Below, piece after piece: positions 59,078 through 64,000 of a DNA stretch of 64,000 nucleotides. The notes under the pieces were generated by a model that was not told where the DNA came from, ran no database searches, and worked only from the letters and a program-made list of their open reading frames with translations. The position numbers and the translations under genes are program-made. Positions within the stretch are counted from its first letter, which is position 1; each line of letters starts with the position of its first letter. The stretch is from IMG/VR virus record IMGVR_UViG_3300039159_000181; one strand, 5' to 3'. This stretch comes from an uncultured virus (IMG/VR IMGVR_UViG_3300039159_000181) (Duplodnaviria > Heunggongvirae > Uroviricota > Caudoviricetes).

Positions 59078-59146
59078 GATGTTCTTCTCCTTGGTTGGTA
59101 CTGCGGGGTATGTCGCGCTCTAGTTTTGCCCAGCAGGAGCGGGGTG

Positions 59147-59671
59147 TCAGCCTAAAAGTTTATGCGCCAATAGGTACTTGTATGCCCTCTGGACATTATC
59201 GAGGTCATCACGAAGGTTGCCGATGCCTAAGTTGCAGGGTCGGCATAAGAGGCCCCTGACCGCACCGGTGTCGTGGTTATGGTCAATAGCAGGCTGCGTG
59301 CCGAGGGTCGCAAACTCCACTTCGCAAATGCAGCAGCGGTAGTCTTGGCGCTCCAATAGCTCGTTGTATTCGTCTTCCGTAATGCCGTAATGCTTCATGC
59401 GTGACCGTTTGACGGTCTGCTGACGGCACTGAGGACAGCGGACTTCCCCCGACCAAATAAGCACCGTAGCGGGGTCCAGGGGGTGCCCGCTGGCGCAGGT
59501 ATCCGCCAACTGAAATGACGCTATCGGCCTTAGCGCGTTACGAAGGCGGGCTTCTCGCGCCAATAACGACTTACATGTTCGACAGCGGCGTGAGCCGTCA
59601 GCTCGGTAACTCGTGGTCTGTTCGGAAAACAGATGTCCACGGATGCAGTGGGACGGAGTCGCGCGCGGCAT
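59147..59671 (-). CDS. Endonuclease VII-family (HNH-like) free-standing nuclease
   Basis: YGITEDEY…Q…CCIC…IDHNHDTGAVRGLLCRPCNLGIG; two N-terminal CxxGH…CxxC repeats. Confidence 0.88.
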   Translation of the reverse strand: MPRATPSHCIRGHLFSEQTTSYRADGSRRCRTCKSLLAREARLRNALRPIASFQLADTCASGHPLDPATVLIWSGEVRCPQCRQQTVKRSRMKHYGITEDEYNELLERQDYRCCICEVEFATLGTQPAIDHNHDTGAVRGLLCRPCNLGIGNLRDDLDNVQRAYKYLLAHKLLG

Positions 59672-59748
59672 AACAATTCGACAATATGGGAATGCTGCTC
59701 GGTAAACCGGACAAACTGTTTATCACCGCGGTATTTAGGGGGTTACGC

Positions 59749-59784
59749 CAAAGAGCGGGCCAGCAATCGCTGACCCGCTCTTTG
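59749..59784 (-). terminator. Terminator after the major capsid gene
   Basis: CAAAGAGCGGG…CCCGCTCTTTG inverted repeat. Confidence 0.75.
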
Positions 59785-59802
59785 TTGCCGCAAAAGGATT
59801 AC

Positions 59803-60915
59803 TTACGCGGTGTAGACCTTCGTGATGGCCTGGTCGGTGATGATACCGAGGCCCCAGATGGCGTACCATGCCAGCGCGTGCTCACGACCGAAGTCAAGCA
59901 CGCCACCGTCGCGCAGTTCCACCGGGAGGCTGATGGCGTGGCCGAAGGCGTTGTCACCAATCATGATGGATTCGTACACGTCGGTCACCGTGGTGCCTGC
60001 AGGAGCAGTGGCACCGGGCTCTTCAGGGTTACCACCTGAACCAGGAGCGGTGTTCGGACGAACCGGCACCGACCCAGCGTTCGGGGGTGCGCCAACGAGA
60101 CCGGCGTAGTTGACGACCGTTCCCTGAGCCAGCTTTTTGACCTGAGTCGTCTCAATGAAGACCACGTCGTAAAGGCGACCGATTTCACCGAGCATGAAGT
60201 TACCGGGGGCGGCGTACTTCGTAACTTCGATGAACTCCGGGTTCGAGCGCAAGTCGCGCGACTGCTTCGGGTGAACGAACTGCACGTAGGTCTCACCGAT
60301 GCGGGGGATGTTCTTGCTGGCAAGTGTCAGAGCGGCATCCTTGATGGCACCGGTCGTCAGCTTGTGGTTCGCCGTCACACCAGCGATGCTGGTGGCGCGG
60401 CTGCCCTCGTCGTAGTTGGTGAACGCGCCACCGGCGATAGCCGAGCGGTCGTAACCAAAGACAGCCGACGTCGCGGCACCGAGGGTGTTGCGAGCCTGCA
60501 CGTCGAGGTACTGAGCCATGTGGCGACCCAGGAGACGCGAAGCCGATGCCATGATGTCATCGAACGAGGCGTTGAGCAGCAGTTCCGAAACCGCTACGGC
60601 GTAGCCGTGCTCGGCAACGGTGATGGCGATTTGCTCGGCAGTCAGAGCGTTGGTCGTCATACGAACACCCTCTGTGAGGGGGGTCGGGTCGACAGCAAAG
60701 TTCTTGTAACGCAGGAAGTTCACGCGGAGACCAGGCGCGACGCCCAGTTCCGTCTTCTTGACCGCGAACTGCTCGAAACGCAGAATCGGCATGGCCTGGA
60801 AGAGGATTTCCTTAGACCAGATGGTCTGGATTGCCTGCGAGAGTTGTGAATTGCTGCCTGAATAGGCGGTGGGGGCACTGGCAAGCTGGCCGGTACCGGT
60901 AATTGCGGAAGCCAT
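59803..60915 (-). CDS. Major capsid protein (N4-gp56-like)
   Basis: LTEGV; EHGYAV; FVHP.Q…DLR; GEIGRLYDVVFIET; DFGREH.LAW; follows the scaffold. Confidence 0.92.
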   Translation of the reverse strand: MASAITGTGQLASAPTAYSGSNSQLSQAIQTIWSKEILFQAMPILRFEQFAVKKTELGVAPGLRVNFLRYKNFAVDPTPLTEGVRMTTNALTAEQIAITVAEHGYAVAVSELLLNASFDDIMASASRLLGRHMAQYLDVQARNTLGAATSAVFGYDRSAIAGGAFTNYDEGSRATSIAGVTANHKLTTGAIKDAALTLASKNIPRIGETYVQFVHPKQSRDLRSNPEFIEVTKYAAPGNFMLGEIGRLYDVVFIETTQVKKLAQGTVVNYAGLVGAPPNAGSVPVRPNTAPGSGGNPEEPGATAPAGTTVTDVYESIMIGDNAFGHAISLPVELRDGGVLDFGREHALAWYAIWGLGIITDQAITKVYTA

Positions 60916-60967
60916 TATGGCTGGTCCTTTCGGTTGGGAGGTTGTTTGTTACGGGTAGTGGGTATTA

Positions 60968-61759
60968 CTACCCAAAAAGCCCCTGCCCACGATTGTTGCC
61001 TGCGCTGCCGAGCAGCTTTTGACGATTCTTGGCGTAGTCCGCCATCGACATATTTGCAATGTCTCCGGGGTTGTTCGAAATGTAGTCCGGGTCGTTGTCG
61101 AGGGGTCCAGAGGTCGGGGCAGTGATGCGGGTCCCCGGCATGTTTTGGCGAGTCTGCTGCGCGGCTTGCGCTACAGACTCAAAGATTCGAGCAGAGCGCT
61201 CACGCAGAGTTGTTGCGCTGGCCTCTAGCTCTTCCACAGTGTTGCCCTGAATCAGGTCCAACAGTTCTGGAACGATGTTGTCTTGTTCGCGAGCCAGCAG
61301 AGTTTGACGCCGTTCTTGCAGCGCCTGGAACTCCTGCTCACGCTGCAGAAGAGCAAAAGCGCGTTCGCGCTCCGTACGCTCCGCTGTCAGCTGTTCGTGC
61401 CACTCTGCCTCTTTAAGACGAAGAAGGTCCTTAGCAGACATCTCTTCCTCTACGGCAAGCTTGCGCCGCTCATCCGCGAGGTCGGCTTCCTTGCGGCGTG
61501 CCTCAGACTCGGATGCTTCGCGGCTCACACGCTCATCCCGCTCTTTGCGGAGGATAGACAGTTCGTCTTCCATCTTGCTGAGCTGCGGGTAAAGCTTTTG
61601 CTTCTCCTGCTCACGAGCACGCTCGATGTCTTCGACGCTAAAGCTTTTGCCAAAAGGCGAAGCTTCAGGCGCGGGGACAGCTTGGGGAAGCTGGGTAATG
61701 GGGTCAGAAGCCACCTGCGGCTCCACATTCTCCGTTGTCAGTACGTTGTTTTTCGACAT
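60968..61759 (-). CDS. Capsid scaffolding protein
   Basis: Coiled-coil, charged; C-terminal MSMADYAKNR; between portal and capsid genes. Confidence 0.85.
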   Translation of the reverse strand: MSKNNVLTTENVEPQVASDPITQLPQAVPAPEASPFGKSFSVEDIERAREQEKQKLYPQLSKMEDELSILRKERDERVSREASESEARRKEADLADERRKLAVEEEMSAKDLLRLKEAEWHEQLTAERTERERAFALLQREQEFQALQERRQTLLAREQDNIVPELLDLIQGNTVEELEASATTLRERSARIFESVAQAAQQTRQNMPGTRITAPTSGPLDNDPDYISNNPGDIANMSMADYAKNRQKLLGSAGNNRGQGLFG

Positions 61760-61895
61760 GGGTGCTCTTCTCGTTGAGTGGTCGTTATCCGAGTGCCCCG
61801 AAGGACGTATCACATGACCTATTAGTTAGGAACGACACAAGTAAAGCCAAGACAGGTTCAGGTGTCTCCCTAAAACCATGTTCGCACCGAAAAAG

Positions 61896-63626
61896 CTACT
61901 CGTCCTTGTCAACTACGCGGCGAGAAGGAAGTTTCGTGCCGTACGCAGCCTCAACCAGACGCATTCGCAACTCTTGCTCGCTGCCGCCCAGGAGACCGTC
62001 AAGCTGGGCATCGACGGGGCTCGCGCCCTCCGCGGCGGGGCCAGCGATGCCGTCGCCGAGGACATCCCCGTCACCGAGCATCATCGGGTCCATCGGCATC
62101 GCGGTTCCGTCAGGGCCTGGCATCATTCCGGTGAGGTCCACAATGGTCTTCTGGATGAGGACCTTGACCAAGTTCAGCGCGCCATCGGCCTCGGTGTCTT
62201 CGCGCAGTTCTTTACGGACTTCGGCCAGCTTCTCGTCCGGGAACTCGTTGCCCAGAAGACGCAGTGCGCCCTCTTTGGACTCAAGGCCCATCGACATCTT
62301 CATCTGCAGCTCGTTGAGCATGATGAGCTTATCGAGGGGTAGCGGGTCATTGAAGTGGGTGTAGGTCCGATACGTTATCGGGTCATTGGGGTCAAGCTGA
62401 GTCAGTTGGCCATCTTTGAGGGGGCCATCCTCTTCTGGGTTGTAGGTAAGGACTTCAGGCTCTTTAACCGCAAGGGTCAGCATAACCAGCTCGTTGACGC
62501 GCTCGATGCCCGCACCGTACTGCGCCGTCTTCTGCGACCAGCGGTTCATCAGCGGCTGGTACTGAATGCTCAGTGCCACGCCGGAGGTGTTGGAGATGGG
62601 CTGCATCTGGCCGAGGGCCGTCTCTGGCACATTCATCAGCTCGTGCATCGAGGTCTTGAGCATCCGAAGATACTCCATCGCTCCCGCAAGGCCGCTAGCG
62701 CCACCTTCGAGGTTGAACACCTGCGCGTCTTTAGGGAGACCTCCCCAGACCTTCTTGGCACCCTTTTCCAGGTTAGAGGCCTTCGCGCCCACGATAACGG
62801 TCACCGGAGCGGCGTGGTAGTTGACGATGTCTGCCACGTCGGTGGAGATTTCGTTGTAGGCGCGGTTCAGGGTGATGATGTCGTGTGCATCCGAAAGACC
62901 CCAGGGGGAGCCAGAGACGGGGATGTTGGGGATGTGGATAACGGGGATAAGACCCAGGGGGTTTGGTCGACTGTCGATGAGCTCATCGTTGACATACTCT
63001 TCGATGATGTCGTCGGTGAGAATCTCGGTGTAGGTGAACACCTGGCGGGTGCCTTCGAGCGAGGTGCCCCAGAAGCGGTACTTCTGCTTGAAGCGCAGGA
63101 GGCGTGTCCGGTCGTGGGGGTGGAACTCGGGAAAAGCAAAGGCGGGGTTTAGCGGCAGGATACGGACCTTGCCGGGGTGCATGCGGCCAATGGAGTCAAC
63201 CCACGGCTCCTCGTAGGCGACTTTGACGAAGGCATCTCCGGTGATGCCGCCAGTCTGCCCCAGCTCTGTGAGGACACGCATCTTGTCGTTGTCTTCTTCC
63301 CAGACCCGCTTCAGGCGGTCAGGGACAATAGCTTCGGTGGAGCGGGCACTGCGGAAGTGGATACCTGCGCCGAAAGTAAATCTAGTCAGGTAGTCGATAA
63401 ATGCGCGGTAGTAGTTAACCGCAATCTGCATCTCGCCCTGTTCCCGGCGGTAACCCCAGTGGTGACCTAAGTACATGGCCCAGTTGAGGGAGTACCGGTT
63501 TAGCCGCGGGCCGTGGACTTCAAACTCTTCGTCCGCCAGCTCGACAAGGCCCAGGGGGGAAATGGAGATGGTGAGGTCAGAAGAAGCGGCCCTATAGGAC
63601 GGGGGTGAGAAGTCTGCGAATGACAT
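61896..63626 (-). CDS. Portal protein (SPP1 gp6-like)
   Basis: NYYRAFID; TGDAFVKV; NPLGLIPVIHIPN; SNTSGVAL. Confidence 0.9.
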   Translation of the reverse strand: MSFADFSPPSYRAASSDLTISISPLGLVELADEEFEVHGPRLNRYSLNWAMYLGHHWGYRREQGEMQIAVNYYRAFIDYLTRFTFGAGIHFRSARSTEAIVPDRLKRVWEEDNDKMRVLTELGQTGGITGDAFVKVAYEEPWVDSIGRMHPGKVRILPLNPAFAFPEFHPHDRTRLLRFKQKYRFWGTSLEGTRQVFTYTEILTDDIIEEYVNDELIDSRPNPLGLIPVIHIPNIPVSGSPWGLSDAHDIITLNRAYNEISTDVADIVNYHAAPVTVIVGAKASNLEKGAKKVWGGLPKDAQVFNLEGGASGLAGAMEYLRMLKTSMHELMNVPETALGQMQPISNTSGVALSIQYQPLMNRWSQKTAQYGAGIERVNELVMLTLAVKEPEVLTYNPEEDGPLKDGQLTQLDPNDPITYRTYTHFNDPLPLDKLIMLNELQMKMSMGLESKEGALRLLGNEFPDEKLAEVRKELREDTEADGALNLVKVLIQKTIVDLTGMMPGPDGTAMPMDPMMLGDGDVLGDGIAGPAAEGASPVDAQLDGLLGGSEQELRMRLVEAAYGTKLPSRRVVDKDE

Positions 63627-63769
63627 TAGGCCAAAACCTCGTTTATGTAGGGGCTAGAGAAGCAGGCTGCTCGCCGCATATTCGACAGTACAGGCTGGCC
63701 AACGTGCGTACGGGGGTGAACCGTAGAGCTCTGCATCGCGGGGCTGGTCATCTGCGTCACGGCGTAGTG

Positions 63770-64000
63770 CTACTTCTTCTTGTCGTCTTTAGCGACAGCG
63801 TGTTCGCCGCCGTGGGCTTTCATCGCCTCTTTGCGTTTCTGCCACTGACGACCGAGCTTCTCTGCTTGGGCACGCGCGGTGGTGTCGATAAAACGCCCGC
63901 CGTACTTGACGTACTGCTCGTGGACCCAGTGACTTGCGGCAGGGGAGGGGTAGGTCTGGTACTTAGCCCGAGCCTGGGCTCCAAGGCTGGCCCAAAGCCT
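63770..64000 (-). CDS. Partial basic phage protein (5' truncated)
   Basis: …AKYQTYPSPAASHWVHEQYVKYGGRF…KKK*; open to the window edge. Confidence 0.65.
   Translation of the reverse strand, partial: RLWASLGAQARAKYQTYPSPAASHWVHEQYVKYGGRFIDTTARAQAEKLGRQWQKRKEAMKAHGGEHAVAKDDKKK

Noticed and set aside
18661..63470. Long + strand ORFs (e.g. 18661..19821, 27225..28310, 39095..40063, 48591..49880)
   Set aside because: They are antisense shadows of well-supported - strand genes in high-GC DNA, with no motifs or RBS.

Overview
This window is a 64-kb segment of a large contractile-tailed (myovirus-like) dsDNA phage. The host is probably actinobacterial, given the WhiB gene, high GC, leaderless TANNNT promoters and an amidase lysin with repeated wall-binding units. 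Positions 1-4823 are a + strand cluster of small accessory genes: a VWA protein, a HicA-like gene, an HTH gene, and a complete type II hammerhead ribozyme core at 3216-3265. The rest is almost all - strand. In transcription order it encodes portal, scaffold, major capsid, a free-standing Endo VII-type nuclease, neck and fibre genes, sheath, tube, chaperones, a tape measure with an M23 domain, baseplate, spike/fibres and lysin. A full replication/recombination module follows: initiator with internal iteron-like sites, DnaC-like loader, DnaB, primase, SNF2, SSB, PolA, RecA, Hjc-like and RuvC-like resolvases, WhiB, a Cas4-like nuclease and a dNMP kinase. After that come a SpoVS homologue, a block of unknown genes, and a nucleotidyltransferase / HAD-like / TGT-like trio. 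No tRNA, CRISPR array, integrase or reverse transcriptase was seen. All product calls come from motif recognition by eye, not database searches.
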